From positions 1 to 64,000 of the forward strand of contig JBQLZK010000022.1 of NCBI GenBank assembly GCA_052168235.1: a stretch of 64,000 nucleotides of DNA, written 5' to 3'. Position numbers and translations under genes: made by a program. Shown here in pieces: positions 50,723-61,700 of the stretch. The DNA is from Thainema sp. GTDB taxonomy: Bacteria > Cyanobacteriota > Cyanobacteriia > Phormidesmidales > Phormidesmidaceae. Each line of letters opens with the position of its first letter. Positions within the stretch are counted from its first letter, which is position 1. The notes beneath the pieces are model-generated. The model was not told where the DNA came from and did no database searches. It saw only the letters and a list, made by a program, of their open reading frames with translations.

Positions 50723-52630
50723 TTACTTATCCGTTTCAGAAAACTCAGCGTCGATGACGTCATCATCGCCACCGCTGGAGGATGGGCCTGCGTCCTCATC
50801 ACCAGGGGCAGATCCGCCACCAGCGGCTGCTTCCTGTTGATACAGGTTGCTGCTGATACCGTAGAGGGTTTGCTGTAGTTCGGTTGTCAGAGACTTCATC
50901 TTGTCATAGTCATCCTGTGCGATCGCATCGCGCAGGTCTTTAACTTGACTTTGAACCTTCGACTTATCGTCTGCTGAAACTTTATCGCCTAGTTCCTCAA
51001 TCTGCTTCTCAGCTTGGTAGGACAAAGAATCAGCCTGGTTCTTGACATCAATTCGCTCACGCTTATCCTTATCTGCCTCTGCATTGGCCTCCGCATCTTT
51101 GACCATGCGATCGACTTCTGTATCAGAGAGGGTAGAAGCACCCGTAATCGTAATCGACTGTTCCTTGCCTGTCCCCTTATCTTTGGCCGTGACATTCAAA
51201 ATCCCATTGGCATCGATATCGAATATTACCTCAATCTGAGGCACGCCACGGGGAGCAGCCGGAATGCCATCGAGTCGGAACGTTCCCAGGCTCTTGTTGT
51301 CATTGGCCATTTCCCGCTCACCCTGTAGAACGTGAATTTCCACATTGGTTTGTCCGTCTACAGCAGTGGAGAAGACTTCAGATTTCTTGGTCGGAATCGT
51401 GGTGTTGCGTGGAATCAGCTTGGTCATCACACCACCCAGGGTTTCAACCCCCAGAGATAGCGGTGTGACGTCGAGTAGCAGAATGTCCTTCACTTCACCA
51501 GCCAGAACACCTGCTTGGATTGCAGCACCAACGGCAACCACTTCATCGGGGTTGACGCTTTGGTTCGGGTCTTTACCTAGAACCCGCTTTACAAGCTCTT
51601 GTACGGCTGGAATTCGAGTTGAACCACCGACCAGAACCACCTCGTCAATATCGGTTTTGCTCAGCTTGGCATCCTTGAGGGATTGCTCTACTGGGATGCG
51701 GCAGCGATCAATTAGGTCAGAAGCCAACTCTTCAAATTTGGCGCGGGTTAGGGTCAAGTCCAAATGCTTTGGCCCATCTTGAGTTGCGGTAATAAACGGC
51801 AGATTGATTTCTGCTTGGGTAACGCTGGACAACTCGATTTTGGCTTTCTCAGCGGCTTCAGTCAGACGCTGGAGCGCTTGCTTATCCTTACGGAGGTCAA
51901 TCCCCTCTTGAGACTTGAACTCTTCTGCCAAGAAGTCAACAATCTTCTTATCAAAGTCGTCACCACCTAAGTGGGTGTCCCCAGAAGTTGACAGTACTTC
52001 AAATACACCGTCACCCACTTCCAGAATAGAAACGTCAAATGTACCACCACCCAAGTCAAACACCAGAATGGTTTCGTTGCTCTTCTTGTCTAAACCATAG
52101 GCGAGAGAAGCAGCGGTCGGTTCGTTGATAATCCGCAGAACTTCTAGACCTGCGATCCGTCCAGCGTCTTTAGTTGCTTGGCGCTGGGAGTCGTTAAAGT
52201 AAGCCGGAACCGTAATTACAGCTTGCGTGACCGTTTCGCCAATGTATTTGCTCGCGTCATCAGCTAGCTTACGCAGAACTTGAGCCGAAATTTCTTCAGG
52301 GGCGAACTGCTTATCAGCAGCAGAGCAATCGAGCTTAACTTTTCCGTTGGCGTTAAGAACCTTGTAGGAAACTTCAGTGAGCTCTTGAGAAACTTCGTCA
52401 TATTTACGACCGATGAACCGCTTCACTGAGTAAAACGTATTCTCAGGGTTCATCACACCTTGGCGCTTAGCGATTTGTCCAACGAGACGATCGCCATTCT
52501 TTGCATAGGCTACAACCGAGGGTGTCGTACGAAACCCTTCTGCATTGGCAATAACGGTGGGTTTGCCCCCTTCCATAACTGCGACACAAGAATTGGTTGT
52601 ACCCAAATCAATTCCGACAACTTTTGCCAT
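50723..52630 (-). CDS. dnaK: Molecular chaperone DnaK
   Basis: [17 protein letters not shown] and [10 protein letters not shown] motifs; [10 protein letters not shown] tail as in cyanobacterial DnaK2. Confidence 0.98.
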   Translation of the reverse strand: MAKVVGIDLGTTNSCVAVMEGGKPTVIANAEGFRTTPSVVAYAKNGDRLVGQIAKRQGVMNPENTFYSVKRFIGRKYDEVSQELTEVSYKVLNANGKVKLDCSAADKQFAPEEISAQVLRKLADDASKYIGETVTQAVITVPAYFNDSQRQATKDAGRIAGLEVLRIINEPTAASLAYGLDKKSNETILVFDLGGGTFDVSILEVGDGVFEVLSTSGDTHLGGDDFDKKIVDFLAEEFKSQEGIDLRKDKQALQRLTEAAEKAKIELSSVTQAEINLPFITATQDGPKHLDLTLTRAKFEELASDLIDRCRIPVEQSLKDAKLSKTDIDEVVLVGGSTRIPAVQELVKRVLGKDPNQSVNPDEVVAVGAAIQAGVLAGEVKDILLLDVTPLSLGVETLGGVMTKLIPRNTTIPTKKSEVFSTAVDGQTNVEIHVLQGEREMANDNKSLGTFRLDGIPAAPRGVPQIEVIFDIDANGILNVTAKDKGTGKEQSITITGASTLSDTEVDRMVKDAEANAEADKDKRERIDVKNQADSLSYQAEKQIEELGDKVSADDKSKVQSQVKDLRDAIAQDDYDKMKSLTTELQQTLYGISSNLYQQEAAAGGGSAPGDEDAGPSSSGGDDDVIDAEFSETDK

Positions 52631-52858
52631 GCTGATGCTCCGGCTTCACAACTAAAATAATGACGTTTAATACGTTTAACCCAGATGCTTATGGGTTCAC
52701 CGCTCTTTACTGAATGCGGCTACTGTCCTAACCCAACCATTCGCCCATCGATCTTGAATATTCATCCTGAACATGCAGATTCGGAAGCAGGCTTAGCGGC
52801 AACGACGGGTTAGACAAACCTACTCTATATAGTGCTAATTTTGCGGTTGTTCTTTGAA

Positions 52859-52874
52859 GGGGTATTTACCGAAC
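52859..52874 (-). promoter_or_regulatory. Partial K-box-like element upstream of dnaK
   Basis: Minus strand GTTCGG-TAAA-TACCCC; only the first half fits the recalled GTTCGG-NNAN-CCNNAC consensus. Confidence 0.3.
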
Positions 52875-52894
52875 AAAGCAGGACGGTTTGAAAC

Positions 52895-52949
52895 AAAAAC
52901 TAGAAAAGGCTGATTGCCACGCCGTGGCAATCAGCCTTTTCTAGTTTTT
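52895..52949. terminator. Perfect 26-bp palindrome with 3-nt loop downstream of the glycosyltransferase
   Basis: AAAAACTAGAAAAGGCTGATTGCCAC-GCC-GTGGCAATCAGCCTTTTCTAGTTTTT. Confidence 0.7.
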
Positions 52950-52999
52950 TACATCTCGCTTGGTATGCTTAAACTGCACACTGAGGACAGGCTGATGAA

Positions 53000-54343
53000 C
53001 TACTGGACATCTGCGATCGCATTATCCGCTGGTGCTTTCTTGACGAACGCCACCTGTTTTGCCGTATCCCACGGAGAACTGTTGGCATTCGCATAAGCTG
53101 AATCTGGCTCTCCCTTCGAGCGTGTTACCCGATCAAACAGGGCCTCATAGCGATCTAAAGCTCGCTCAAAAGAATACTGATCGACTGCATGACGCCGTCC
53201 CTGCTCACCTAAAGCTTTAGCTTCCTCCGGGCTCCGGTAGAGCATTTTAATCGCTTCGGCCAAGTGATAGGGAGATTGGGGTTTGACGACAACTCCGGCC
53301 CGGCTCCGGGCGACTGCATGTGCAGCAGTCCCCTGTGGCGGTACAGATGCAATAATCGGTCGGCCACTAGCCAAGAGAACCTGAGTTTTGGACGGCATAT
53401 TAAACGAGACGACATTGCGCTTTTGCACAATCAGGCCGACATCAGCAGCGGCCAACATCTCGGGTAACTGGTGACGCGGCTGGAACGGCAGGAGCAGTAC
53501 ATTATTAAGGTTTTTGGCCTCGCAGCGCTCGCGCAGCGCATGCAGCGCTTTTTTCTCGCCCACAATCACAAACTGAATATCAGGAATATCCTTAATCCGT
53601 TCTGCCGTATCAATAACCGTTTCCAGTCCCTGAGTTAACGCGATATTGCCGGAATACATGACTACGAACTTATCCTCTAAGCCATGAGCGGCTCGAAAAG
53701 CATTCCCTTCCTTGGGCAGTGGTCGGATAAAGTTCACATCAACCCAGTTTGGAATGATGGTCATCTTGTCTTGAGATACACCCTTCTTAGCCAGATTCTC
53801 GACAAAGCCGTCAGTGATAACGCTAATCGTATGCGCCGTGCGGTAGGAAAATTGCTCTAGCCATTCAAAAACGCGAATTGCCAGCTTATTACGAATCAGA
53901 CCAACATGCACCGCTGCTTCAGGCAAGATGTCTTGCAAATTCAAGACCACCGGACAGCGATTAAACCAGCCCAGCAGAGCCGCTGGAACAGAAACAGGAA
54001 GCGGCGGCACAGTTAGCAAAATGACATCTGGTTGCCAGCGACCGAAACCACGTAGGAAGCTAGTCGCCGCAAAACTGGCATCTAGCAGCATACGGGCCAG
54101 TAAACCTGGCTTGGGACGAATCCAGACATAACAGCGGTGGACTGTCACTCCATTTTCGACTCGGGTATCGTAAAACTTACCTTGATATTCTTCATAAATA
54201 CGGCGCTGAGGATAGTTCGGCATACCAGTCAGCACATGAACATCATGACCTCGTGCGGCAAGCCCCTCTGCCAACTCTGTCATTAACGGTGCAATCCCAA
54301 TTGGCTCAGGATGATAATTGTAAGAATAGATGAGAATACGCAT
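53000..54343 (-). CDS. Glycosyltransferase family 4 (WcaI-like)
   Basis: MRILIYSYNYHPEPIGI, PNYP, IPNWVD, YSGNI and MPSK motifs. Confidence 0.9.
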   Translation of the reverse strand: MRILIYSYNYHPEPIGIAPLMTELAEGLAARGHDVHVLTGMPNYPQRRIYEEYQGKFYDTRVENGVTVHRCYVWIRPKPGLLARMLLDASFAATSFLRGFGRWQPDVILLTVPPLPVSVPAALLGWFNRCPVVLNLQDILPEAAVHVGLIRNKLAIRVFEWLEQFSYRTAHTISVITDGFVENLAKKGVSQDKMTIIPNWVDVNFIRPLPKEGNAFRAAHGLEDKFVVMYSGNIALTQGLETVIDTAERIKDIPDIQFVIVGEKKALHALRERCEAKNLNNVLLLPFQPRHQLPEMLAAADVGLIVQKRNVVSFNMPSKTQVLLASGRPIIASVPPQGTAAHAVARSRAGVVVKPQSPYHLAEAIKMLYRSPEEAKALGEQGRRHAVDQYSFERALDRYEALFDRVTRSKGEPDSAYANANSSPWDTAKQVAFVKKAPADNAIADVQ

Positions 54344-54835
54344 GGGTTAAGACTAAACGTTAAATGGTTGGTAGAGTCGTTTGGCTATGTTGCCGCGATC
54401 GCACTTCGGCAGAATTTAGCATCTGTTGGTTGACTTATTGTTAATACTTGTTGAAGCATTTGTAAAAACTGGGGGGGCTAGAGTAGATGAGTCCTGATAT
54501 TCTCTGTAAAAATAGAATGAGTTGATAGCTAGAATCATTTCTGAGTTCATGACATGGTTTACCATTCGTTAGTTCATGATTCATTCATGATTCGCTTCCA
54601 CTTTGGCACTGCCAGATGGAAGTGCAAGTGACATGCGTCAACAGAGTGAACTCAAATTTGGAATCTATTGTCATTGCTGTTGCTCAACTACCGGACAAAC
54701 ATGCTGAACGTACCTCGATATGAGAAAAAATCCTGCTATCTACATCAACCTTTGATCAGCTAATTGTTTACATTTCCTGACATTTTGGAGCTTACGACTC
54801 GATTTCACTAAGAGTGATTCACTCAAAGTGGTGAG

Positions 54836-55117
54836 TTAGAAAGCTACCCGAAAGTCTGGATACGTCTCTGGGGGCTCGGTTTGAACCCGCACGTTAGTGA
54901 CTTGAGCGGCGGGAGGGCCACTGTGGCACCACTGAAGCATGGAATCCACTGCTGCTTGGTTACCAACAAAGACGGCTTCAACTGCCCCAGTAGACAAATT
55001 GCGTACCCAACCTTTGAGATTCCGCTGATTTGCTTGCTGGCGAGTCGAGGCTCGATAGCCGACCCCCTGAACCTGACCTTCAATCCAAACGTGAACTTGC
55101 ACGATATCTGCACTCAT
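54836..55117 (-). CDS. acyP: Acylphosphatase
   Basis: GQVQGVGYR, GWVRNL and GPPAAQV motifs; start ATG 55117. Confidence 0.92.
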   Translation of the reverse strand: MSADIVQVHVWIEGQVQGVGYRASTRQQANQRNLKGWVRNLSTGAVEAVFVGNQAAVDSMLQWCHSGPPAAQVTNVRVQTEPPETYPDFRVAF

Positions 55118-55458
55118 TTTTTTAGGTGAATAATAAATGAATGTCGCGGGTTCAGCATCTTTATGATGGCTGAAGTCTGCTTTGCAATCAGCAGTAAATT
55201 CTCCTAAAAATTTGCAGCTGTTTTGTGGGGGGAAGTTTAGAACCTGCAAGAACTACGCAAAGCAACGGTCTTATCCAAGTCTTATACGGCATCTGATTAG
55301 ACAACCTCCAAAGCTAAACTACAGTCGTTTTTCTGCTCTGGTTTTCATCTTAAGCGGATGTAACTGGACTCGTTGGAGATTAAGGCTTTCATGAATTAAA
55401 GCTAAAGATTTCGTAGGATGAATGTAAAGCTGTCGTCAAGAATTTGCCAGGAAAATTC

Positions 55459-56790
55459 ATGACCAAACTCAATCAATCATCTCAATGGAATGCTAGCCGT
55501 TTTCTCAGTACCCTTAGTTACTTTGGCGAAATACCGTTTTTGGGCAGTATTCGCTGGCTACAGCAGCTTTTGGGCCGCACCACATCCCCTCAACCAACAG
55601 ATGTCATGTCGCAGTCGCCTCAATCCGTTTTACTCATTGGCCAAGGTCAAATTTCGACTCGAATCAGCGAGCAACTCCGGATAGCTGACCAATCGGTAGC
55701 GATGGTAACAGGTCAGGACGTACTGGCACGAGATGCGATCGCAGATCTTCCAGCCGTCAATTCCGTCTCTTCTGCGACCAATGCGAGCGTTGATACCATC
55801 ATCATTGACGCGAGTGAGCAATCGGATTTGTCTAACCTGTCAGCAGATTCGGTTCGGCAGATAACGGAGCGGTTGGTTCAGCATTTACGCAAAATCGCTG
55901 CTGGCTCAACACCTGTTGCAGGGCCTTCGCACGGTCAAACACAGATATTATTTAATTTTGCCAATTCTGATATGGATGTGCAGGCCATTTGGGGTGCTCT
56001 CGACGATGTGGTAATGGGCGGCGTCAGCGAGAGCGGTATGCGCAAGGCGGATGATGTCGTGCTTTTTACGGGGAATGTGTCAACCGCAAATTCCGGTGGT
56101 TTTGCCTCGGTGCGCACTCGCAACTTTGAACCACCGTTTGACCTCAGAGGCTGGGACGGCATTCGGTTACGCGCAAAAGGCGACGGAAATCGCTACAAGT
56201 TTATTTTACGGAACAGCTCCGGTTGGGATTCTGTTGCCTACTACTATTCATTTGATACGGCTGCTAATGGGTGGATAACGGTAGACATTCCGTTTAATCA
56301 GTTTATTCCTACCTTTCGGGCAAAAACAGTGGATGATGCGCCACCGTTGAATCCGGCTCTGATTTGTTCATTTCAGTTCATGCTGAGCAAGTTTGAGCAT
56401 GATGGTGGACTCAATCCCCATTTTTCGCCCGGTGAGTTTCAGCTCGCGATCGCAGAAATTTCGGCCTATCGTTCTGCTACTGCGAGCGCATTTCCCCAGA
56501 TTCTTTTTATCAGTTCCACCCAGTCTGGTATTACAGCCCAGATGCAGCAACAGCTTCAGGCAGTGATGGGGCAAGAGCTTTGCTGTACTACGGTGCAGTA
56601 TGAATTACTAGCAGCAGAATCGCCATCCCATCCCATTACCCTCTATCGCCAGACAGAAGCCACTCAGTCTCAGGTAGTAGAAACTGATCAGAAGGCGCTC
56701 AGTGCTGAAGATGTCGCCAAAGCTGCGCTCGCAATTTTGCAGCGATCTGATGTGGCTAATCAAACCTGGATTGCCCAACGTAAGGCGTAA
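55459..56790 (+). CDS. CIA30 (NDUFAF1-like) family protein
   Basis: WGALDDVVMGGVS, NSGGFASVR, KGDGNRYK and MLSKFE motifs. Confidence 0.88.
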   Translation: MTKLNQSSQWNASRFLSTLSYFGEIPFLGSIRWLQQLLGRTTSPQPTDVMSQSPQSVLLIGQGQISTRISEQLRIADQSVAMVTGQDVLARDAIADLPAVNSVSSATNASVDTIIIDASEQSDLSNLSADSVRQITERLVQHLRKIAAGSTPVAGPSHGQTQILFNFANSDMDVQAIWGALDDVVMGGVSESGMRKADDVVLFTGNVSTANSGGFASVRTRNFEPPFDLRGWDGIRLRAKGDGNRYKFILRNSSGWDSVAYYYSFDTAANGWITVDIPFNQFIPTFRAKTVDDAPPLNPALICSFQFMLSKFEHDGGLNPHFSPGEFQLAIAEISAYRSATASAFPQILFISSTQSGITAQMQQQLQAVMGQELCCTTVQYELLAAESPSHPITLYRQTEATQSQVVETDQKALSAEDVAKAALAILQRSDVANQTWIAQRKA

Positions 56791-56927
56791 TACCGTCATC
56801 AAAATCTAAGCATCATGTGAGGCGCTGGCGCTGCTGGCGTCTCACATGACATTCTGCAATTTCTAACTTGGCATCCGAAAATCGCCGGTAAAGATTGTAG
56901 CATATGTAGTATATCTAGAAGGGCTGC

Positions 56928-58775
56928 ATGGGGAGGGGACGGGTGGCTAATTTTCGAACCGTCTTAAATTACTATCGACCCTATCGTGCGATCGCGTTTT
57001 TTAGCATCGCTGCGAGTAGTGGGTTTGAAATTATCGATTTGGCCGTGCCCTATGCGATTGGGCAGGTGTTAAATGTTTTGTCGGGTCAACCTGTAGATGA
57101 ACTGAGTCAGCAGGTCATCAATGGAGTGTCTCAAATTACCGGCGTTTCAGCGGGACGAGGACTTGCGATCGCGGTTTTGATGGGCGTGATTTTCCTGGTG
57201 ACAGTTGTGCGAGCACCAATTCAGCCGTGGCTCGGCGTTTGGTATCACTGGATTGTGTCGCTCAAGGCGCGACGCGATCATTTCAAACAGGCAACGCGGC
57301 AAATTCTGACGCTGCCGCTGGATTTCTATGACGAGAATAATCCAGGCCGAATTGCCGGACGGATTACGCGCGGATTGGAGAACCATACCTGGACGTATCC
57401 GGAAATTGCGGGACAGCTCGTGCCGAAGCTCATGCGGGTGCTGGGCATTTTCGTAATCATCTTGCTGATTGAGTGGCGGATTGCGGTTTTGTTTGTCATT
57501 TCATTTGTGGCGATTTTGGCTTTCACCTTGACTAACCTAAAGCGGTTAATTCAACGTGAAGATCGGCTCGATCGCTACATGGAAAATACCCAAAGTCGCA
57601 CATCTGAGCTGATCACGAACATCAAAACCGTTAAGGCGTTTGCCACCGAACACAGCGAATTTGCTCGACAGCAGCAGCGGCTCAACCGCGAATATGATGT
57701 CGTCGTTTATCGGATTCACAAAGGCTACGTGATGCTGTTTACCTGGCAGCGCACGTTTATCCAGATGTGCGTGTTTGGCGTCTTGCTGCTCACGCTGTTC
57801 GCAGTGCTGCGAGGGCAGATGTCGCTGGGGCACTTTGTCACGACGCTGACTATCTCGAACATGGCCTATGCCGAGTTGGAACCGATCAGTGCCCTGGCCG
57901 AGATCTTTTCCCGTCGCTATACCTCAATCCAGCGTTTTCATGATTTTATGGAACTTCCCGCTGGACAGGACGCAGCGGAATTCAGTACGGTCCTGGACGA
58001 AACCCGTCCTCCGGTTGACCTGAGCTATCAATTTACGGGCAAGCTGGAACTGCGGAATTTATCCTTCAGCTATAACCCGGATAAGCCTGTTTTGCAGGAT
58101 ATCAATTTGCTGATTCATCCCTGTCAGACGGTGGCGCTGGTTGGACGATCGGGTTCGGGAAAATCAACATTAGTCAAACTGCTGTTCCGCTACTTTGAAC
58201 CGAGTCAGGGTCAAATCCTGATTGACGGGCAGAATATCCGGCGACTGGACATCACGGCCTACCGGAAGCGACTGGCGATCGTACATCAGGAAGTTGATGT
58301 CTTTAACGGCACGCTGCTGGATAATCTCACTTACGGCAATCCCAAGGCCACCTTTGAGCAAGTCGAAGAAGCCTGTCGGATTGCCAGAGTCGATGAGTTT
58401 CTGGACCTGCTGCCGCGCGGTTACTACACGATGGTGGGTGAGCGAGGTGTGCGCTTATCCGGTGGTCAACGCCAGCGAATTGGCATCGCCAGAGCCTTAC
58501 TGGTTGATCCAGACGTACTGGTGTTTGACGAAGCGACCTCCAGTTTGGACTATGAATCAGAACGCTCGATTCAGCTTGCCATGCGGAGTATTCTCGGTAC
58601 GCGCACGACAATTGTGATTGCCCACCGCTTGAGTACGGTGCGAGAAGCGGACAAAATAGTCGTACTCGATCAGGGCCACATTGCCGAAGTGGGCAACCAT
58701 GAGGAACTGCTGCGACATGGTGGGATTTATCACCGATTGCATGCGTTGCAGGAAACAGGCGAATTACTAGCCTAA
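56928..58775 (+). CDS. ABC transporter, fused permease/ATPase (exporter type)
   Basis: GRSGSGKST, LSGGQRQR, DEATSSLD and IAHRLST motifs; N-terminal TM domain. Confidence 0.94.
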   Translation: MGRGRVANFRTVLNYYRPYRAIAFFSIAASSGFEIIDLAVPYAIGQVLNVLSGQPVDELSQQVINGVSQITGVSAGRGLAIAVLMGVIFLVTVVRAPIQPWLGVWYHWIVSLKARRDHFKQATRQILTLPLDFYDENNPGRIAGRITRGLENHTWTYPEIAGQLVPKLMRVLGIFVIILLIEWRIAVLFVISFVAILAFTLTNLKRLIQREDRLDRYMENTQSRTSELITNIKTVKAFATEHSEFARQQQRLNREYDVVVYRIHKGYVMLFTWQRTFIQMCVFGVLLLTLFAVLRGQMSLGHFVTTLTISNMAYAELEPISALAEIFSRRYTSIQRFHDFMELPAGQDAAEFSTVLDETRPPVDLSYQFTGKLELRNLSFSYNPDKPVLQDINLLIHPCQTVALVGRSGSGKSTLVKLLFRYFEPSQGQILIDGQNIRRLDITAYRKRLAIVHQEVDVFNGTLLDNLTYGNPKATFEQVEEACRIARVDEFLDLLPRGYYTMVGERGVRLSGGQRQRIGIARALLVDPDVLVFDEATSSLDYESERSIQLAMRSILGTRTTIVIAHRLSTVREADKIVVLDQGHIAEVGNHEELLRHGGIYHRLHALQETGELLA

Positions 58776-58786
58776 AGTTTGGCTAA

Positions 58787-58839
58787 AGCACAAAGCAATA
58801 CAGGGTGCCGAATCTCGGCACCCTGTATTGCTTTGTGCT
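58787..58839. terminator. Perfect 25-bp palindrome with 3-nt loop after the ABC transporter
   Basis: AGCACAAAGCAATACAGGGTGCCGA-ATC-TCGGCACCCTGTATTGCTTTGTGCT. Confidence 0.65.
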
Positions 58840-59054
58840 GCTGCGATCTAAAGGTGCAGCAAACAGACCACTTCTGTGAGTGAACCGACATGTGAAAAAG
58901 TGTCTCTTTGCAGTGGTTGTAACTAGCAAACCTTGCAGCAAATATTCGACTCAACTAAGTCAAGGAACCCTGAATTAATCTGCCCAAACACAAAACCAAG
59001 CTTAAGCAGAGACATCATCATAGCCCTGGGGAGTTATAAAAATAACGGTATTTC

Positions 59055-59068
59055 GTATTGATAATTAC
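59055..59068. promoter_or_regulatory. Candidate NtcA box (GTA-N8-TAC)
   Basis: GTATTGATAATTAC upstream of the ATP-grasp operon; possible -10 CATCAT 23 nt downstream. Confidence 0.45.
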
Positions 59069-59095
59069 AGTCTGAAGTCCTGCGAGCCTTTCATC

Positions 59096-60577
59096 ATGCA
59101 TACATCTCACGTGATTCAGTCGCCAATGATGCAGTCGCAAACAAACAGAACCGTGCAATTCAATCAATATGACCCTGAAGACTTTTACGACGAACTGTTT
59201 TTGGAAGATGCCACTCCCCGCGCAGAGGCAAAACTGCTGATTGAGCGGTTAGGTTCTCTATCCATCGACGAAATTAAGCGTCGTCAGCAGGCTGCCCAAA
59301 ATGCACTGTTCAAGCTGGGTGTAACATTTAACGTCTATAGCGATAATCAAGGCACCGAGAGAATTTTTCCGTTCGATATCGTGCCTCGGATTGTGGCATC
59401 AAAGGAATGGGATTGGCTAGAAAGAGGGCTAAAACAGCGAATTCAGGCGCTTAATCTGTTCATTCATGATATTTACCACGATCAAAAAATCATCAATGAC
59501 GACATCATTCCCCGCGACCTGATTGAGTCGGCCACTGGCTATCTCAAACCCTGCATCGGTTTAGAACCACCTGAGGGCATCTGGTGTCACATCACGGGAA
59601 CGGACTTAGTGCGCGATCGCAGTGGTGAATGGTTTGTCTTAGAAGACAATATGCGCTGTCCGTCCGGCGTTTCCTACGTATTGGAAAATCGACGGGTGAT
59701 GAAGAGTACGTTCCCGCAAATTTTTCAGCAGATGAATATTCGGCCTGTGGATGACTATCCCAGCCAGTTGCTAGAAACGCTGCTCAATCTAGCACCGCCT
59801 GTGCCCGATCCGCGCGTGGTTGTGTTGACTCCCGGCATGTATAACTCGGCCTACTTTGAACACTCCTTCCTGGCCCAGCAGATGGGAGCAGAACTGGTGG
59901 AAGGACGAGATTTGGTCGTCTCCGATGGCTTCCTGAAAATGCGCACGACCAAAGGACTAGAGCGGGTTGATGTCGTCTATCGCCGCATTGATGATGATTT
60001 TCTTGATCCGAGAGAGTTCCGTTCCGACTCGATGCTGGGTATACCGGGAATTATGGATGTACTCCGGGAAGGTCGAGTTGCGATCGCAAATGCACCCGGT
60101 ACAGGCGTGGCCGATGACAAAGTTATCTACGCCTATGTACCACAAATGATCAAGTACTATCTCGGCGAAGACCAAATTCTGTCCAACGTACCCACCTATC
60201 TCTGCTGGGAACCGAAGCAGTTAGATCACGTGTTGCAGAATCTCGATTCGCTCGTCGTCAAAGCAGCCAATGAATCCGGTGGCTATGGCATGCTGATGGG
60301 TTCTCAAGCTACTCCTGAAGAACGGGCCGAATTTGCGGAACGAATTAAAGCCAATCCGCGCAACTACATCGCCCAGCCGACGCTCAATATTTCGCGGGTA
60401 CCGACGCTGATCGGTGATCGGTTTGAAGGCCGACATGTGGATTTGCGCCCCTACATCCTCTACGGCAAAGACATCTACGTAAATCCGGGCGGTTTAACCC
60501 GTGTGGCGCTCAAGAAAGGTTCTCTAGTGGTCAATTCATCCCAAGGTGGCGGTAGCAAAGATACGTGGGTGATTTAG
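59096..60577 (+). CDS. Circularly permuted type 2 ATP-grasp protein
   Basis: [44 protein letters not shown] and [13 protein letters not shown] motifs. Confidence 0.93.
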   Translation: MHTSHVIQSPMMQSQTNRTVQFNQYDPEDFYDELFLEDATPRAEAKLLIERLGSLSIDEIKRRQQAAQNALFKLGVTFNVYSDNQGTERIFPFDIVPRIVASKEWDWLERGLKQRIQALNLFIHDIYHDQKIINDDIIPRDLIESATGYLKPCIGLEPPEGIWCHITGTDLVRDRSGEWFVLEDNMRCPSGVSYVLENRRVMKSTFPQIFQQMNIRPVDDYPSQLLETLLNLAPPVPDPRVVVLTPGMYNSAYFEHSFLAQQMGAELVEGRDLVVSDGFLKMRTTKGLERVDVVYRRIDDDFLDPREFRSDSMLGIPGIMDVLREGRVAIANAPGTGVADDKVIYAYVPQMIKYYLGEDQILSNVPTYLCWEPKQLDHVLQNLDSLVVKAANESGGYGMLMGSQATPEERAEFAERIKANPRNYIAQPTLNISRVPTLIGDRFEGRHVDLRPYILYGKDIYVNPGGLTRVALKKGSLVVNSSQGGGSKDTWVI

Positions 60578-60606
60578 GAATTTTCATCACACCCACAACC
60601 GTTTGA

Positions 60607-60622
60607 TAGGGGCAGGTTTAGC
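60607..60622 (+). repeat. GTAG-type REP-like half element inside the operon
   Basis: TAGGGGCAGGTTTAGC, identical to the reverse complement of 7220-7235. Confidence 0.5.
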
Positions 60623-60687
60623 AATTAGAGCGGCACCGCCCACCGAACCCAATTTTCAGCACGACCTAAATAAACTCCAATTTACCT

Positions 60688-61641
60688 ATGCTTAGTCGCG
60701 TCGCAGATTCAATTTACTGGCTGAACCGCTATGTTGAGCGGGCCGAAAACGTGGCTCGGTTCATCGATGTCAACCTGAACCTTCTACTCGATTCGCCTGT
60801 GGGAGTAGCCCAGCAGTGGGAACCTCTCATTATCACTACGGGCGATCGCGGATTATTCAAGGAACGATATGGCGAAGCCAACGCAGAGAACGTCATTCAA
60901 TTTCTCACCTTTGACGGCAGCTATTCCAATTCCATTTGCTCCTGTCTCGAACGGGCTCGTGAAAATGCTCGTTCGGTCAGGGAAATCATCTCCTCGGAAA
61001 TGTGGGAGCAGTTAAATGCCTTCTACTACATGGTTAGAGATGCGGCCAAAAATCCCCAATCAACCGATATCCACGACTTTTTCACAGAGGTCAAGCTATC
61101 TAGTCACCTATTCACCGGCATTATGGATGCCACGTTCGCCCACAACGAAGGCTGGCACTTTGGCCAAATTGGCCGCTTACTAGAGCGAGCCGATAAAACC
61201 TCACGCATTCTAGATGTGAAGTATTTTATCTTGCTGCCTTCTGTAACTGATGTAGGTGGGGTTTTAGATGAACTCCAGTGGATTGCCCTCCTGAAATCTG
61301 CCAGTGCGTACGAAATGTACCGTAAGCGGCAGTACCGGATCACGCCTAACGCGGTCACTGAGTTTTTAATTTTGGATCGGGAATTCCCTCGTTCTATTCA
61401 GTTTTGCCTCATCCACGCGGAACAGTCGCTCCATCAAATTCTAGGTATGCCATTAGGCACCTGGCGCAAAGAAAGCGATCGCGCTTTGGGTCGATTACGC
61501 TCCGAACTGGACTACATCACAATTGAAGAAGTGATTGAAAACGGACTGCACGAATTTTTAGACCGGATTCAGTGCCGCGTTAATGATATTAATGACAAGC
61601 TGTTTTCTGACTTCTTTGCATTGGAGCCTGTAGAAGTGTGA
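60688..61641 (+). CDS. Alpha-E domain protein
   Basis: MLSRVADSIYWLNRYVERAEN, LERADKTSR and FPRSI motifs. Confidence 0.93.
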   Translation: MLSRVADSIYWLNRYVERAENVARFIDVNLNLLLDSPVGVAQQWEPLIITTGDRGLFKERYGEANAENVIQFLTFDGSYSNSICSCLERARENARSVREIISSEMWEQLNAFYYMVRDAAKNPQSTDIHDFFTEVKLSSHLFTGIMDATFAHNEGWHFGQIGRLLERADKTSRILDVKYFILLPSVTDVGGVLDELQWIALLKSASAYEMYRKRQYRITPNAVTEFLILDREFPRSIQFCLIHAEQSLHQILGMPLGTWRKESDRALGRLRSELDYITIEEVIENGLHEFLDRIQCRVNDINDKLFSDFFALEPVEV

Positions 61642-61700
61642 TTGTGAAGCTACTTGTCAACTGATCGACTGTTCAATTTTTTGTTGATGGCATCCAGCCT

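Noticed and set aside
52810..52838. CIRCE element upstream of dnaK
   Set aside because: Only one half-site (AGTGCTAA); the left arm and spacing do not fit TTAGCACTC-N9-GAGTGCTAA.
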